Source: Schmidtea polychroa (taxonomy: Eukaryota). Taken from it: DNA of 64,000 nt. The DNA lies in the NCBI GenBank assembly GCA_044892525.1, contig CM097885.1, positions 1 to 64,000 of the forward strand. Reading direction: 5' to 3'. Below the pieces are notes generated by a model. It ran no database searches, had not been told where the DNA came from, and worked only from the letters and a program-made list of their open reading frames with translations. This document shows, piece by piece, positions 63,578 to 64,000 of the stretch. Within the stretch, counting starts at the first letter, position 1, and the number at the start of each line of letters is the position of its first letter. Both the position numbers and the translations under genes were made by a program.

Positions 63578-64000
63578 TTATAACTTCGTATACTTATTAA
63601 ATTTATCTTTTGAAATTATTCCTTGTTTTAACAAATCTTTAGAAATCTTTAAAATATCAGAATCTAAATTATTATGTCCTGCTTTCCTTGCAGCTAATAG
63701 TTTTCTTAATTCAATAAAAAGATTGATGGGATTTCCTTCACTAATTATTCCCTCTCCCTCTGTAACAACATAACCCTTTTCATTTTTATTTAAATAATTC
63801 TTTAAATCTTGAATATATTTTGCTTTAGAACTAGCTCTTATTAATTTTATTAAATTTAAATATTTTTTAATTTCTTCAACATCATCTGAAAAATATCCAC
63901 AAAGTAATCTATAAAAATCATCTGTAAATTCAAAGTCTAAATATTCATTATTATAAACATTTTGTGAATGAATACGTGATTTATTTTCTGAATTTGAATA
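63578..64000 (-). CDS. Polinton hypothetical protein, copy 2 (partial, cut by the window edge)
   Basis: Reverse complement of about 43522-43954 with a small in-frame deletion. Confidence 0.7.
   Translation of the reverse strand, partial: YSNSENKSRIHSQNVYNNEYLDFEFTDDFYRLLCGYFSDDVEEIKKYLNLIKLIRASSKAKYIQDLKNYLNKNEKGYVVTEGEGIISEGNPINLFIELRKLLAARKAGHNNLDSDILKISKDLLKQGIISKDKFNKYTKL

Larger units (their letters stand above)
55246..64000 (+). mobile_element. Polinton/Maverick family A, running off the window end
   Basis: AGTAGT terminus, pPolB on the plus strand, and a convergent morphogenesis module near-identical to 43520-46910. Confidence 0.9.

Overview
This is eukaryotic, very AT-rich DNA at the edge of a minus-strand 45S rDNA array. 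The host is probably a dugesiid planarian, inferred from the R5/NeSL-like element and the divergent rRNA. Bases 1-31290 hold one complete 18S-5.8S-28S unit, a full IGS (about 13.3-13.5 kb period; (TTA)n, 104-bp, 75-bp and 243-bp subrepeats, tRNA-like boxes) and a second unit. The 28S of the second unit is interrupted by an 8.45-kb NeSL/R5-like RLE-class non-LTR retrotransposon (17411-25862). It is inserted antisense to the rRNA, about 87 bp upstream of the R2 site, with a 3-bp AAT duplication. Its two ORFs are in the same frame and separated by one UGA. That UGA falls on the conserved Trp of an apparently inactive Ulp1-like domain and has a UGA-CUA readthrough context. Past the array edge is a nested transposon region: a duplicated IGS-like/17-bp satellite unit, a rearranged Gypsy element, a BEL/Pao element with a ubiquitin-like fragment ahead of Gag, and at least three Polinton/Maverick segments from two families. 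The Polinton genes are MCP, a PLA2-integrase fusion, ATPase, protease, minor capsid, a fibre-like protein and disrupted pPolB genes. Two of the Polinton AGTAGT termini recur in inverted orientation about 250 bp inside. All homology calls come from motif recognition by eye; no searches were run.
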